Virus record (IMG/VR): IMGVR_UViG_2938983465_000007
DNA from: an uncultured virus (IMG/VR IMGVR_UViG_2938983465_000007)
Taxonomy: Duplodnaviria > Heunggongvirae > Uroviricota > Caudoviricetes
Reading direction: 5' to 3' (one strand)
DNA: 64,000 bases
Below the pieces are notes generated by a model that made no database searches, was not told the origin of the DNA, and was given only the letters and a program-made list of their open reading frames with translations. The translations under genes and the position numbers were made by a program. Positions 37,908 through 48,065 of this stretch are shown here, piece after piece (positions within the stretch are counted from its first letter, which is position 1; each line of letters starts with the position of its first letter).

Positions 37908-38285
37908 TCAGGCTACCGGCAGAACGGCCGGGGCGATGTAGACGGACCCGATATCACCCGCGACGCCGCTGAGTTCAGCGAAGCCGATGATGTAAGTGGT
38001 GGCGGCCTGCGGCAGCGTCGCGGCAACCGCTCGCCCCTGGGCGTCGGCCGTCAGCGCATCACCGCGAGTGACGTTGCCGCCGTACTCGACCGGCGCCAGG
38101 CCGGAACGGATGACGTCGAAGACCGCACCGTCGGCGGCGGGAATTTCGGTGCTGATGCCGATCAGCAGCGCAGTGCTACCGGCAGCCTGGGCGGCCAGGC
38201 CGTCCGAGCTGCCATGAATCACGATGCGGCGGGCGGCGATGGCGCCGCTGGCACGTTTGGCGGCGATGAGTCCGGGAATGTTCAT
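37908..38285 (-). CDS. Head decoration/cement protein (DUF2190-like)
   Basis: 125 aa Ala/Gly-rich; GGNVTRGDALTADAQGRAV. Confidence 0.75.
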   Translation of the reverse strand: MNIPGLIAAKRASGAIAARRIVIHGSSDGLAAQAAGSTALLIGISTEIPAADGAVFDVIRSGLAPVEYGGNVTRGDALTADAQGRAVAATLPQAATTYIIGFAELSGVAGDIGSVYIAPAVLPVA

Positions 38286-38288
38286 GGC

Positions 38289-39527
38289 CTACTTGGCTCC
38301 CTTGGTGATGTGGGTAACGGCCTCGGTCGTGCTGATATGGCGTCCAGCCTGCCGCTGTTCTTCCTGATAGCTCTGGGCTCGCGCTGCAATGGCGTGAGCA
38401 CTGCCGAAGCTCAGGTCGCCGCCGTCGCCGGATTTCTCGGAAAAGTCCACCTGCTTGGGCAGTTCGGCCAGCAAGCTGCGCAGCACCTCGGCCGCCGGCT
38501 TGGTGACCTGGCCGTCGCCCTCGGCGAACTCCAGGGGGGTGTCGGCAGGCAGACTCACCAGCAACTCGATCACCGGAGCCTTCTGGCGCGGCAGCAGTCG
38601 GCCGGCATTGACCAGGCCTTCGGCGAACTCGGTGACCTCGTTGCGATGTTCCTGGGCTTTTTGCTGGGCCACCTGTGCTTCGCGGGTGGCCAGTTGTTGC
38701 TCGCGCTCGTCGAGCTGGCGTTGGCGCTCATCGAGCGCGGCTTCGTCAGACATGGTCGTGTCCTGTTGTGAGGGATGAGAGGTCCGGTCAGCCTCTGCCG
38801 CTGACTCGGAAGCACCGTCGGATGGGGTGACGGTGCCCTGCGGCTCCTCCGCAGCGGCGGCAGAGGCTGCTGCGGCGTCGACGCCTTCTATTGCGGGTTC
38901 GGAGAACGACGCCTGGATACTGGCGCCGTGGGTGACTGCACGCCGCGCGTCCTCCTCGATCGAGGACAACTGCCATTGCGGGATGAGCTGGTCGGCCCGT
39001 TCGGCGCCTTCGCGCTCGACGAAGAAGTCACGCAGGCGGCGCAGGATCTCGGTCAGAGCCGTCACCGCGTAGGGCGCTTCCGCGAATTCGATGACTAGGT
39101 CGCCGTCGTCCTCGGCGAAGTTCAAGGCATCGGGAATGCCCTTGATGGCCGGCGGCACGGCACCGAGGAAGCCGATATGGCGCAAGTAGTGCTTGCCCGG
39201 AACCGGGTTGCCTGGTGAGTCCGGCAGGTACACCGAAGCGCTGCGCTTCTTGTACATCTTGCGGTTCGCGGCTTCTGCGAACTCGGGGACCACCTGGTGC
39301 GGCTCGGCATAGAGCATGCCCTCGCGCACCTCCAGGCCCTTGGCCCAGCCGTAGGCCGGTGCATTGAGCTTGGGGTGACCGATGACGAGAGGGGCCTCGC
39401 TGAGCGCCGGATCGTAGGTCGCGGCGATCTCCTGCAGGATGGCCTCGGTGAATTCCACCGGGCGGCCGTCGAGGGCGACGTGCCGGCCGGCGGGGAGGAT
39501 AGGCAGAGTGGCGGTTGGCTTTTTCAT
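38289..39527 (-). CDS. Mu-like prohead protease/scaffold
   Basis: APLVIGHP..PAYGW..YKKRSAS..LRHIGFLGA.PPAIKG; coiled-coil C-terminus. Confidence 0.88.
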   Translation of the reverse strand: MKKPTATLPILPAGRHVALDGRPVEFTEAILQEIAATYDPALSEAPLVIGHPKLNAPAYGWAKGLEVREGMLYAEPHQVVPEFAEAANRKMYKKRSASVYLPDSPGNPVPGKHYLRHIGFLGAVPPAIKGIPDALNFAEDDGDLVIEFAEAPYAVTALTEILRRLRDFFVEREGAERADQLIPQWQLSSIEEDARRAVTHGASIQASFSEPAIEGVDAAAASAAAAEEPQGTVTPSDGASESAAEADRTSHPSQQDTTMSDEAALDERQRQLDEREQQLATREAQVAQQKAQEHRNEVTEFAEGLVNAGRLLPRQKAPVIELLVSLPADTPLEFAEGDGQVTKPAAEVLRSLLAELPKQVDFSEKSGDGGDLSFGSAHAIAARAQSYQEEQRQAGRHISTTEAVTHITKGAK

Positions 39528-39745
39528 GCCGCCCAGAGTGAGGCGGCAGAACCGGACGATCTTTGTCGCAACCGAAAATTGGGACAAAGGCCGCGTTGGG
39601 GAGGCTTTTCTACGAAACCACGCCAACGGGCACCGTGGCAACCCCAGTAGGGCGATTTATAAAGCGTCAGCAAGGCCCGTAGAGGGGCGTAGGCCGACGA
39701 AGATAGACCTACGCCCTCGTTTGGGCCGCCAGGGGCCTAGAAACG

Positions 39746-40315
39746 CTAATTCTGCAAGGTTGAGTTTATGAGGCTCATGACTCGCTGCAGCAGTTTGGCA
39801 TCGTCAGTGTCCGACGTGCCCAGCCAGGGCCTGGCCGGCATGGTGATCGTGTAGGGGCCGATGCGCACGTCCTGGGCGAAGTTGCTACGGCGTTTCGGGA
39901 CGAACTGTCGACCGACCTCGCCAGTACGTTCATTCATCCTGAAGTAAACCGTGCTCTGCCTCTCCTGACGTTGGATCGTGCCGCCGAACTGATGGATAGC
40001 GCCATAAGGAAGGTTTGTACCGAACAGCAAGGTATCGCCTTCAACCTGCCCCGCCAGTTTGCGCAAGTCGCCGCTGGCGGTGAGGATCTTGTCCCTGTTT
40101 CTTCTCTTGCGAGCCTGGTAGCGAGGCGACAGTGCCGCCCAGGGCGTGCCATCCGGAGCCCTCTGAGCCACGAAGCGCGCCTGGTGGATATCCAGTAGTG
40201 GCTCGATCAGATCTTCGAGGATCTTGGTGGGACTGCGCAGAGTCGCAGCCGCCGCGCTCAGTGCCTGTGTCACCTGCTGGCTGTCGAACTCCAGCTCGAT
40301 ACGTGCGCCGCTCAT
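39746..40315 (-). CDS. Virion morphogenesis protein (Mu gpG-like)
   Basis: PDGTPWAALS, YGAIHQFGG, MPARPWLG motifs. Confidence 0.88.
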   Translation of the reverse strand: MSGARIELEFDSQQVTQALSAAAATLRSPTKILEDLIEPLLDIHQARFVAQRAPDGTPWAALSPRYQARKRRNRDKILTASGDLRKLAGQVEGDTLLFGTNLPYGAIHQFGGTIQRQERQSTVYFRMNERTGEVGRQFVPKRRSNFAQDVRIGPYTITMPARPWLGTSDTDDAKLLQRVMSLINSTLQN

Positions 40316-41562
40316 AGTCCACCCTCCACCAAAACCAAACGTCCATTGGCCAACTGCTGCCCGAGCTGCTCGACGCCGACCACGCTGCCGGACTGGACGG
40401 CATTGCTGCGCGAGCTGCCCTGCAGGAGATAGTTGACGATCATTGAGAGCCAGCCTCCGCGTCGGCCAGAGTCGAACACGTAGACCAGAGCGTTGGATGA
40501 TGCATCCAGGAGAACCGCCTGCGGCTGAGCGAGCGCCTGCGGAAGTTGCCGCAGGTCGGCCAGCGTCAGTCCAGCGAGCGCGTCGTCTACCTCTGGCTCG
40601 GTCGTCGCGGCCTTGACCAGTGGCACCAATTGCTCGTCGCGCATGCTGATCAACGCGGTCTGTGGCGTGACGCCCGCCCGTTGCATGCCAGCGACCGTCT
40701 CGGGGCTCAGCGTGCCCACGTTGCGAGCGCTGCCACGCACCACTGGCTCGGCCACGACCTCATCCAGCCAGCTTGTCCAGGAGCGCTGCAGCGCCTCCTC
40801 GACACGCTGCTCGTCCAGCAGTTGCCTGTTCATGCGTGCCGCCGGTTCGGCCGGCAGCGGCGCGGTCTTCTCCAGGGTCAGCTGCACCTGGTTCTCGAAG
40901 GCGGCTCGACCGGGTGCGTAGTTCCAGCCCGGATCGATGCCTTCCGGCACCTGGACCACCTCGCCGTGGAAAACGATGTTGCGCAGGCGGCCAGGCGGTG
41001 GTTCGTCCGGTCCCGACTTCCCCATCGCCTGCAGCTCATCCAGGCTGTAGGCCGTGACGTAGCACTCGCAGCCGAACCCCGACGGCGGATAGTGCGTCTT
41101 CCACCACGGGTTGTCGGCATGGATGTGCAGGCCATCCCATGCCAAGTGCAGCTCGCGCGGGTGCTCGACAGCGTCACTGTGGTGATAGCCCCAGTACGGC
41201 CGCGTTGCCTTCACTGCCTGCAGCTGGGCGTAGCGGCCGGCTGCGTAGCTGGTACGCAGGTTGGTGCGGTAGATCACCTGGGCACGCCAGGCGCGACCGC
41301 CGGCCGGCTCCCAGCCGTAGTTGTCCAGGACGGCGTAGTAGTCCTTCTGGAACTCCTCCAGGGTTAAGCCATCGCGGATCGCCTGACGCACCACTGCGTA
41401 GAGATCTGCGACCAGGTCCGCACGATGGGCGCCTGCGCTCACAAACGACTGGTCATGGGCGGCACCGCGCACCGTGGCGTAGTTGACCGAGGGGTTCTTC
41501 GCCTCAAAGAAAGCGATCTGCTCGCGAAACGAGAGGCTGCCATACGTCGCCGCGGTAGCCAT
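40312..41562 (-). CDS. Head morphogenesis protein (Mu gpF-like)
   Basis: IYRTNLRTSYAAGR, YPPSGFGCEC, IDPGWNYAPG. Confidence 0.9.
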   Translation of the reverse strand: MATAATYGSLSFREQIAFFEAKNPSVNYATVRGAAHDQSFVSAGAHRADLVADLYAVVRQAIRDGLTLEEFQKDYYAVLDNYGWEPAGGRAWRAQVIYRTNLRTSYAAGRYAQLQAVKATRPYWGYHHSDAVEHPRELHLAWDGLHIHADNPWWKTHYPPSGFGCECYVTAYSLDELQAMGKSGPDEPPPGRLRNIVFHGEVVQVPEGIDPGWNYAPGRAAFENQVQLTLEKTAPLPAEPAARMNRQLLDEQRVEEALQRSWTSWLDEVVAEPVVRGSARNVGTLSPETVAGMQRAGVTPQTALISMRDEQLVPLVKAATTEPEVDDALAGLTLADLRQLPQALAQPQAVLLDASSNALVYVFDSGRRGGWLSMIVNYLLQGSSRSNAVQSGSVVGVEQLGQQLANGRLVLVEGGL

Positions 41563-43040
41563 CAGGCACTACCTCGCGCGGCCAGATCGTCCTGGACGTC
41601 AGTACGTCCAGCCAGGTTCGCTGCCTGCAGGCCGACCGCCATGGCGGCCGCGTATTGATCCAGGCTCAGCTCGGGAGCAAGTTGCAGCAGTTGCTCCTGC
41701 AGCTCGTCGAGGCTGGTGGCATTGTCGACCAGAGCGCGGAGTTGCTCGCTCCAGTCCTTTACCGCCGGCTGCATGGCCTTGGCCAACTGGTCCGTCATCG
41801 CCGCGGCCGGATCGCTTCCCCCGGCACGTTCGGCAAACTCGGCGGCAGGTGAGGGGCCAGTTGGCTGACCTTGCTCCTGTTTCTGATCCTGCTCCTGGAC
41901 CTCAATTCCATAGGTCTCCTGGACGTAACCCAAGGTGGGCTTGAAGCCGGAGAACCGCACTACCTTCTCGTCTCGGCTGGCCTTGGCGTCCATGTCCTCG
42001 GGTTCTTCGACGACCCGGTAAACGCATGGCGGCTCAGCGCCGGGGAAGTTCCACTCGGTCAGCCAACGCGCGGGGCCCTGGTTGAAGCTCTCACAGATGA
42101 GGTCGGCGTCAGCCTTCACCAGGTCGAGGCGCACGTCGGCCTGCAGATCGTCGTTACCCAGGCGGCCGGGAGTGCCCTGGCTCGACGCCACCTGGCCCAG
42201 CGTTACCTTGGCGATGGTCTCATCCATGGTGTCGTGCAGGATCTTGTAGTCGGCCGTGCCAGAGCGCGAGGCCTCCAGCAGTTCCACCAACATGTCCTCC
42301 GGCATGATGACACCGGTATCGGTCTGAATCGCCTGGGTGGCGGCCAGCAGCTTGGCCTTCTCCTCTGGCGTGGCGTTCTTCCCGAATTTGCCGACGGCCG
42401 TGGGCATACCGAACTTGTCCAGGAACGTGAGCCAGAACTTCAGTCCGTTGCGCTTGAAATACACCGGCCAGTACAGCCAATGGGCCAGTCCGAGGCCATA
42501 GGGCTCGTCGTCGTTGTCGGCGCCGGTCGAGAAGTGCCAGAAGTACGGCGAAGGGCACGGCTCACCCTCGAACATGTTGTTCGGCGTCAGCAAGCGCAGG
42601 CCACCCTGCAGGTCGTAACGGAAGCGGCGGCGGTTGCGCACCTTGACCGCCTGCAGGGTGATGTAGCGGTCGTCGCGGCCGTAGATGAGTTCGGACACGG
42701 CGTGGCCGTAGTACACCCCATAGAGCATGCCGTTGGTGATCCGGTCCCAGCCAACGTTCTGCAGCTGCTGCTTCAGGTGCTCAGCTGCGGCCTTGTCGAT
42801 CCGGCGGTCGCCGCCGGCATCGACCTGCCATTCCTTGCTGACGACGGCCAGCTGCCGCTGGCCCCAGGTCGCCTTGACCTGGGCGTCGCGCAGCACTTCC
42901 TCGTAGATGCGCAGGTCGTTGCCGCCCCGGCGCTGCAGGATGTAGTCGCTCGGTTGCTGCAGGCCGGAGAGGAATGGACGGGTAATATCGCGGCCGTCGC
43001 CCGTGGTGGCGATCTCCTGGCCGAGCTTGGGCGGGTGCAT
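41562..43040 (-). CDS. Portal protein (Mu gp29/DUF935-like)
   Basis: PYGLGL...WLTFLDKFGMP motif; follows terminase. Confidence 0.9.
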   Translation of the reverse strand: MHPPKLGQEIATTGDGRDITRPFLSGLQQPSDYILQRRGGNDLRIYEEVLRDAQVKATWGQRQLAVVSKEWQVDAGGDRRIDKAAAEHLKQQLQNVGWDRITNGMLYGVYYGHAVSELIYGRDDRYITLQAVKVRNRRRFRYDLQGGLRLLTPNNMFEGEPCPSPYFWHFSTGADNDDEPYGLGLAHWLYWPVYFKRNGLKFWLTFLDKFGMPTAVGKFGKNATPEEKAKLLAATQAIQTDTGVIMPEDMLVELLEASRSGTADYKILHDTMDETIAKVTLGQVASSQGTPGRLGNDDLQADVRLDLVKADADLICESFNQGPARWLTEWNFPGAEPPCVYRVVEEPEDMDAKASRDEKVVRFSGFKPTLGYVQETYGIEVQEQDQKQEQGQPTGPSPAAEFAERAGGSDPAAAMTDQLAKAMQPAVKDWSEQLRALVDNATSLDELQEQLLQLAPELSLDQYAAAMAVGLQAANLAGRTDVQDDLAARGSA

Positions 43041-44743
43041 CAGTAGCCTCCGAGGTCGGTGCGGCCGGCGACGGTGCCCCAGCCGCGGTTGGTGGTGTTA
43101 CGGGTACCGGCAAGGTCTTGTTGTGCGGAGGCCCGGCGCCCAGCCGACTGGCACTCGATAGGCTGCTTGCGGCCAGCCATGTAGCTTGCTCGCACGGCCA
43201 TGACCAGGCTCACGGCGCTGTCGCCATGACGCTTTGCCTTACCGCCCGCCGATTCCAGATCAGCCTTGCGGCCTTTATCGATCACTGGAATGCCGTTCTC
43301 GACCTTGATCGAGAGAAGATCGTCCAGCGTGCTTTGGTGCCTGGACAGCTCGATGTTGAAGGCCTCGAACTCCCCTTTGAGCTTGGGCATCCACTCGGCG
43401 TACCAGGCAAGGTTGAGGCTGACCTGCTCGACCACCGCTGGGCCATACCGCAGCGCCGCCTGTTCCGCGAGGTATCCGCCGTTGCCGGTGGCATCGAAGG
43501 CCATGCCCACGACACGCGGCAGGCGATCGCAGATGAAGAACATGATGTCGCGCTGCGCTTCGTAGGTCAGGTTGCGCAGCTCGACCCGGAACGCCTCCCG
43601 CTTGCGTAGGGTCGGCGAGATCTGCAGCGGGGTGAACACGGTCAGGTCGCCACGGCGCGCGAAGTCTTCGCCAAAGCTGTGGGTGTTCTCCGGGTCCAGC
43701 CTGGCCAGCTCTGGCAGAAGGTTTTCTTCGCACCAGGTGCGGATCTCGTCTTCCCGCATCTGTGGCGTCCAGCCTTCGAAACCTTCCGGCGCCTCGTACC
43801 GGTAGATACGGATCGAATGGTCCTGGACCATCGCCTGCTCGATGAGCACGCGAGAGAGGTAGGCGCCGCCGGACTTCTTCGGGATGCAGCCGTATTCCTC
43901 GTCGGCGGACTCGGTATTGGGGGCGTTCTTGTACAGCCCATCGCGCCACGCCTTCTCGGCCTCGGGCGACCACTCCTGACCGGTGACGAAGCAGATTCGC
44001 TTGTACAGCCCTTCGGCGATCGCATCATCCAGGGTGATGCGGTGAACGCTGTAATCCTTGCGGCCCTCGCGGGCATCCTGAATGTACTGGTTGAACGGGT
44101 TGTCGACACCGTTGTGGGTGCTGATCAGGCGGACCTTGTTACCCCACATCGTCAGAGCCAGGGCGGCCTTCAGCAGTTCCTCCAGGGACTCGTGGAACGC
44201 CGCCTCGTCGATCACCACATCGCCCTGCAGGCCGCGCAGGTTACTCGGCCGGCTGCTCAGGGCCTGGATCTTCCGCCCCGACTTCGGGAAGCGGATCATG
44301 TAGGTCAGGATCTCTTCCTTCTTCCCTTCGTCCCAGAAGGTCTGCTCGTAGACGTCAGCCTCGGCCAGCTCGTTGAAGGCGCGGGCGAACAACGCGCAGG
44401 CGGCGATGTACTCCAGCGCCATCTCCTGCTTGCTGCCGACGTAGAAGGTGTTGCAGCCACCTCGGCGCCGCGGCTTGGCGGCATTGATCACGTTGCGCCC
44501 GGCTTCGGCCCAGGTCAGGCCGGTGCGGCGAGACTTCTCCGCGATCATGATCGGACTCTCGTCCTCGAACCAGCGCTGCTGGTAGCCCAGGAAGACGGCG
44601 TCGTTGGATGGAATCGCCTCGGATATCTCCTGCGGCACATCGACGCCATGCAACGCCATCTCCTCGGCCAGGTCGATCTTGCGCGGCGCGCTGGTGGCCT
44701 TGAGCTTGGAGCCCAGGCTATCGGACGTTGCGTGCATGGCCAT
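43040..44743 (-). CDS. Terminase large subunit (Mu gp28-like)
   Basis: EKSRRTGLT, VVIDEAAF, ISTHNG, GEDFAR, HGDSA motifs. Confidence 0.92.
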   Translation of the reverse strand: MAMHATSDSLGSKLKATSAPRKIDLAEEMALHGVDVPQEISEAIPSNDAVFLGYQQRWFEDESPIMIAEKSRRTGLTWAEAGRNVINAAKPRRRGGCNTFYVGSKQEMALEYIAACALFARAFNELAEADVYEQTFWDEGKKEEILTYMIRFPKSGRKIQALSSRPSNLRGLQGDVVIDEAAFHESLEELLKAALALTMWGNKVRLISTHNGVDNPFNQYIQDAREGRKDYSVHRITLDDAIAEGLYKRICFVTGQEWSPEAEKAWRDGLYKNAPNTESADEEYGCIPKKSGGAYLSRVLIEQAMVQDHSIRIYRYEAPEGFEGWTPQMREDEIRTWCEENLLPELARLDPENTHSFGEDFARRGDLTVFTPLQISPTLRKREAFRVELRNLTYEAQRDIMFFICDRLPRVVGMAFDATGNGGYLAEQAALRYGPAVVEQVSLNLAWYAEWMPKLKGEFEAFNIELSRHQSTLDDLLSIKVENGIPVIDKGRKADLESAGGKAKRHGDSAVSLVMAVRASYMAGRKQPIECQSAGRRASAQQDLAGTRNTTNRGWGTVAGRTDLGGY

Positions 44744-44744
44744 G

Positions 44745-45320
44745 TCAGGCTTTCCCCAGCAGGATGTCGCGGATACGTTGTTCGAGCTGCTCGCTCATGC
44801 CATCGCTGCCACGCATCTCTTCCAGGCGCTGCTCCTGTTCCTGGAGCTGTTTCTCGCGGCCCCGCTGCTCAGCCTCTGCCTGGAACTTCTTCAGCGTGAC
44901 GCTGGAGCGCGTCAGCGTCGCGATGTTCTTGGCCGCAGACGCCAGCAGTCCGACACGATCGGCCGGGTCCATCTCTTCATCACCAGCCTCCTGCAGGGAG
45001 ATGATCGACTCGAACAGCTCGGACTGGATCATCGCCGTCAGCGCTTCGCTGCGTGCGTCCAGGTCGTCGCCGGCCTGGGCACGGATCAGCTTGGCCGCCT
45101 CGGTGCTGGCACGAATTGCCGCCAGCCGTCGCTCCAGCTTCTGGCCGTAGCGATGCACGGCCGCACGGCTGGGCAGCTCGCCGGCCTCGGCCTGGCTCGG
45201 GAACTGCGCCTGCAGGTCCGCGATCAGCTCGTCCAGGGTCATCCGGCCATCGGCCAGGCGCCCCTCGATGTAGGCCCGGACTTGATCCGGTAGCCGGGAG
45301 ATCGATGATTTCCGCCCCAT
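44745..45320 (-). CDS. Terminase small subunit (Mu gp27/DUF3486-like)
   Basis: MGRKSSISRLP...SRAAVHRYG. Confidence 0.85.
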   Translation of the reverse strand: MGRKSSISRLPDQVRAYIEGRLADGRMTLDELIADLQAQFPSQAEAGELPSRAAVHRYGQKLERRLAAIRASTEAAKLIRAQAGDDLDARSEALTAMIQSELFESIISLQEAGDEEMDPADRVGLLASAAKNIATLTRSSVTLKKFQAEAEQRGREKQLQEQEQRLEEMRGSDGMSEQLEQRIRDILLGKA

Positions 45321-45325
45321 GGTCG

Positions 45326-45634
45326 TCACCAGTACTTCTTGGGGCGGGCGATGCCGGGTTCGCAGTCGATGGTGTACTCGGCGACGTCGGTGCCGTACCG
45401 GGTCAAATCGGCGAACCACTTGCCAGACGGTTCCTTGACCAGGGTGACCAAGTCACGGTCGGCCAGGTAGTCCAGCTCGCGACGGATCTCCAGCGGTGTG
45501 GCGTCGGGGTACTCGCTCTGTGCGACCGAGAGGACCGGCCCCTCGTAGGCGCCCACCGGTCGAGCGTTGTTCAGGGTCAGCAGAATCAGCCAGCGCAGGG
45601 ATTCCCGGCGAATCTTGGCCATATCAGTTTGCAT
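45326..45634 (-). CDS. Mu gp26-like winged-helix protein
   Basis: RWLILLTL...ELDYLADRDLV...LTRYGTDVA...PGIARP. Confidence 0.75.
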   Translation of the reverse strand: MQTDMAKIRRESLRWLILLTLNNARPVGAYEGPVLSVAQSEYPDATPLEIRRELDYLADRDLVTLVKEPSGKWFADLTRYGTDVAEYTIDCEPGIARPKKYW

Positions 45635-46013
45635 GGTTAGCTCCTACCAAGCCGCGCAGCTGCGCGTTTTCCAGTTTCGTGGCCAGGCTGTCGAGCTTCA
45701 TCTCGATCACGCTCTGGCCACGGATGTAGTCGTCGCGAAGCACGTACTGGAACGGAAGCTCGGCCTTCAGGCTCATCAGCTCTCGCTCAACGCGCTGCCA
45801 CTGGTTGGTTTCTTCCCGCGCGGCCTGCTCGATGGCGTCCAGCCGGTAGGAGAGTTGTTCATGGTTCGCCAGGCGTGCCTGGTCTTGGCTTGCGAACCTC
45901 GCATCCAGGCTCTTCTGGATCTGGTTGAGCAGCAGCTTGCCGCCGCCCGCACAGGCCCCGAGGAAGGTCAGCAGCAGAGTGATCAACTGCCACAGTTCCA
46001 GCTCGACCTTCAT
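45624..46013 (-). CDS. Membrane-anchored coiled-coil protein (Mu gp25-like position)
   Basis: N-terminal TM then coiled coil; YVLRDDY motif. Confidence 0.7.
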   Translation of the reverse strand: MKVELELWQLITLLLTFLGACAGGGKLLLNQIQKSLDARFASQDQARLANHEQLSYRLDAIEQAAREETNQWQRVERELMSLKAELPFQYVLRDDYIRGQSVIEMKLDSLATKLENAQLRGLVGANHAN

Positions 46014-46318
46014 TCCCTATTCCCCTTGTTCCAGTAGTGCGTTGAGCTGAGCGAGATTGCGAAGAGACCAGGCCCCGTAGTCCTGGGCAAAGGCCAGAAT
46101 GTCCGCCGGAGTGACACCGCTTTCCAGTAGCTCGGCGTCAGAACCGGCGGCGGGCCAGGTCGCTGCTTGAGTGCCGGCGGAAGCGGTGCGCGCTCCTGTG
46201 GCGGACAAACTGGCGCCGAGGGCGGTGTTGAAGTCGCGCACCCAGCCGCGAGTGAAGACACAGCGAGGGATAGCAGTAGGCGCAGCACCAGGTGCCGCTC
46301 GGTAGGCGGTCGATACAT
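46010..46318 (-). CDS. Rz1-like outer-membrane spanin lipoprotein overlapping Rz in another frame
   Basis: Lipobox LAAG-C then Pro-rich mature part; exact start uncertain. Confidence 0.6.
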   Translation of the reverse strand: MYRPPTERHLVLRLLLSLAVSSLAAGCATSTPPSAPVCPPQERAPLPPALKQRPGPPPVLTPSYWKAVSLRRTFWPLPRTTGPGLFAISLSSTHYWNKGNRE

Positions 46319-46628
46319 GGGCGATTCGCTCCTGGAGTTGGTGTCGGGTGTCGGTCAGTTGCTGCTGTACCTGCAGCAGTTGCTCCTCGGCCAGGTTGGC
46401 GCGCGCGATCTGCTGCTTGTACTGGACCAGGCTGTCCTGAAGGACCTGGGCGCGCTCGTTGGCGTGCTGCATCTGCAGGTTGAGCAGAGCAGCGTCACCC
46501 TCCGCGCGGGCGGCGGCATACCCACGGTCGTAGCTGGCGGAGCCGTGGATCACCACAGCGGCGCCGCACAGCACTGCGCTCAGCACGAGCCAGAACGTAC
46601 TGGTGCGTAGGAGGCTAAGGACGGCCAT
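46017..46628 (-). CDS. Rz-like inner-membrane spanin
   Basis: MAVLSLL start; N-terminal TM plus coiled coil; after endolysin. Confidence 0.7.
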   Translation of the reverse strand: MAVLSLLRTSTFWLVLSAVLCGAAVVIHGSASYDRGYAAARAEGDAALLNLQMQHANERAQVLQDSLVQYKQQIARANLAEEQLLQVQQQLTDTRHQLQERIAHVSTAYRAAPGAAPTAIPRCVFTRGWVRDFNTALGASLSATGARTASAGTQAATWPAAGSDAELLESGVTPADILAFAQDYGAWSLRNLAQLNALLEQGE

Positions 46629-46812
46629 GATTTCTCCGCTTGTACTTGCGAGCCTTACGTTTCGCCCGAGCCACCCCCGACTTTCCGTGTCTCTCCCGAG
46701 GGAGCGGCGAATAGTGGAACTCTGGCCGGGCCAGCCAGTTGCGGGATGTAGCGCCGAGGGTGATCGAACCCACCAGGCCAACGGCCAGGCAGCTCATGAG
46801 CAGGCGTTTCAT
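46615..46812 (-). CDS. Small basic hypothetical protein in lysis cassette
   Basis: MKRLLMSCL...KSGVARAKRKARK; ATGA overlap, GAGG RBS. Confidence 0.6.
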   Translation of the reverse strand: MKRLLMSCLAVGLVGSITLGATSRNWLARPEFHYSPLPRERHGKSGVARAKRKARKYKRRNHGRP

Positions 46813-47438
46813 AGCTGATACCTCTGGCCGCACACACCGTCGCCCCACTGCAGATAGATCCGCTCGTAGCGCAGCAGGATGAGGCGCGGGTAGTTGCGGT
46901 TCTCGCGGAAGTTGGCGGCCGAGCGCCCGGCGTTGAAGCGCTCGACGGAGTCGAACCAGGCCAGCTGGTCGGCGCCGGATGCCGAGGCCAGCCTACGGTC
47001 GCGATTTACCCACCCCTGGCCGCCGTTGTAAGCGGACAGTACGAATGCCCAGCGATCACACTCGCTGGAGGCCTGGTTTCGGTCGTAGAGCCAACGGTCG
47101 TAGGTGACCAGCGCGCGCAATGCCCAGCCTGGATTGAACGGCTGGTTGGTGCCAAGGGCGCCCGGATACAGGCCGGCGATCCATTCCGCAGTGCCGGGCA
47201 TGAACTGCGCCAGACCCTGGGCACCAACAGGCGAGCGGGCATCAGCACGCCAACGGCTTTCCTGGTGAACCTGTGCGGCAAAGGTGGCGATCGGCGCCGA
47301 CAGGCCCCATTCGGCATGGGCGCTGCGCACCAGGGTGCGCCGGTATTGCTCGGCGGCAGTGGGGATGCGATCCGTCGCGAAGGCCGGCTGGCAGGCGGTC
47401 AGCAGACCCAGCAGGCCGAGGGTGAGCAGGCGCTTCAT
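46809..47438 (-). CDS. Endolysin, SLT lytic transglycosylase with signal sequence
   Basis: QESRW, GAQGLAQFMPGT, AYNGG, ENRNY motifs. Confidence 0.9.
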   Translation of the reverse strand: MKRLLTLGLLGLLTACQPAFATDRIPTAAEQYRRTLVRSAHAEWGLSAPIATFAAQVHQESRWRADARSPVGAQGLAQFMPGTAEWIAGLYPGALGTNQPFNPGWALRALVTYDRWLYDRNQASSECDRWAFVLSAYNGGQGWVNRDRRLASASGADQLAWFDSVERFNAGRSAANFRENRNYPRLILLRYERIYLQWGDGVCGQRYQL

Positions 47439-47593
47439 CCGAAGAAGCCTCCCCACCACACCAGGGCCGTCATCGCGATCACGTCGAACACGCGCTGCTT
47501 GAAGCTGATCACGTTAGTGAGGCCATCGCACGCATAGGACGTAACCAGGACCACAGAGGCCAGGACGATCCAGATGATTTGCGGGACGCCCAT
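47435..47593 (-). CDS. Small membrane protein
   Basis: MGVPQIIWIVL...LVWWGGFFG, two TM segments. Confidence 0.6.
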   Translation of the reverse strand: MGVPQIIWIVLASVVLVTSYACDGLTNVISFKQRVFDVIAMTALVWWGGFFG

Positions 47594-47595
47594 GG

Positions 47596-47892
47596 TCAGA
47601 GCCCCAGCGTCAGGCCGAGGATGCAGGCCAGCACGATCAGCCCGCGGCGCAGCCAGGCACCCACGACCACCAGGTTGGCCGAGCATTCGTGCGGGCGGGC
47701 CACGTACGGAAACAGGCTGCGGTCGATCCAGTAGCCGGCCACTGCGCCCAGCGTCACCAGGACCAGCTTATAGGCGACGACCTGGAGCTGCTCCGGGCGA
47801 ATGGCGGCGAGGATGATCAGCAGGACGAGGGTGACCAGCGTCCAGCTGGTCATACGCGGCGCGCGGCGGCGCCGGGGTTGCGGCGATGACAT
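47596..47892 (-). CDS. Putative holin
   Basis: PRMTSW...GYWIDRSLFPY.RP...RRGLIV; three TM segments. Confidence 0.8.
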   Translation of the reverse strand: MSSPQPRRRRAPRMTSWTLVTLVLLIILAAIRPEQLQVVAYKLVLVTLGAVAGYWIDRSLFPYVARPHECSANLVVVGAWLRRGLIVLACILGLTLGL

Positions 47893-48065
47893 GACGATGC
47901 TCCCGATGGGGTGGCCATCCCTGGCCAACTGATGGGCATCCTGCTCCTGCAGGACGCCCGGACATCATCGTCACGCGCGCGCGAAGGCTCTTTTTGGGTA
48001 CCGAACAATCAATCGATAGGGCGACGGATCAGCATTGGATCTCCATCACCGAGGAGACCACTACC

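Noticed and set aside
39528..39745. Anti-CRISPR (acr/aca) locus between gpG-like and protease genes, where D3112-like phages carry it
   Set aside because: Only about 220 bp with a hairpin and promoter-like box; no ORF resembling Acr or Aca
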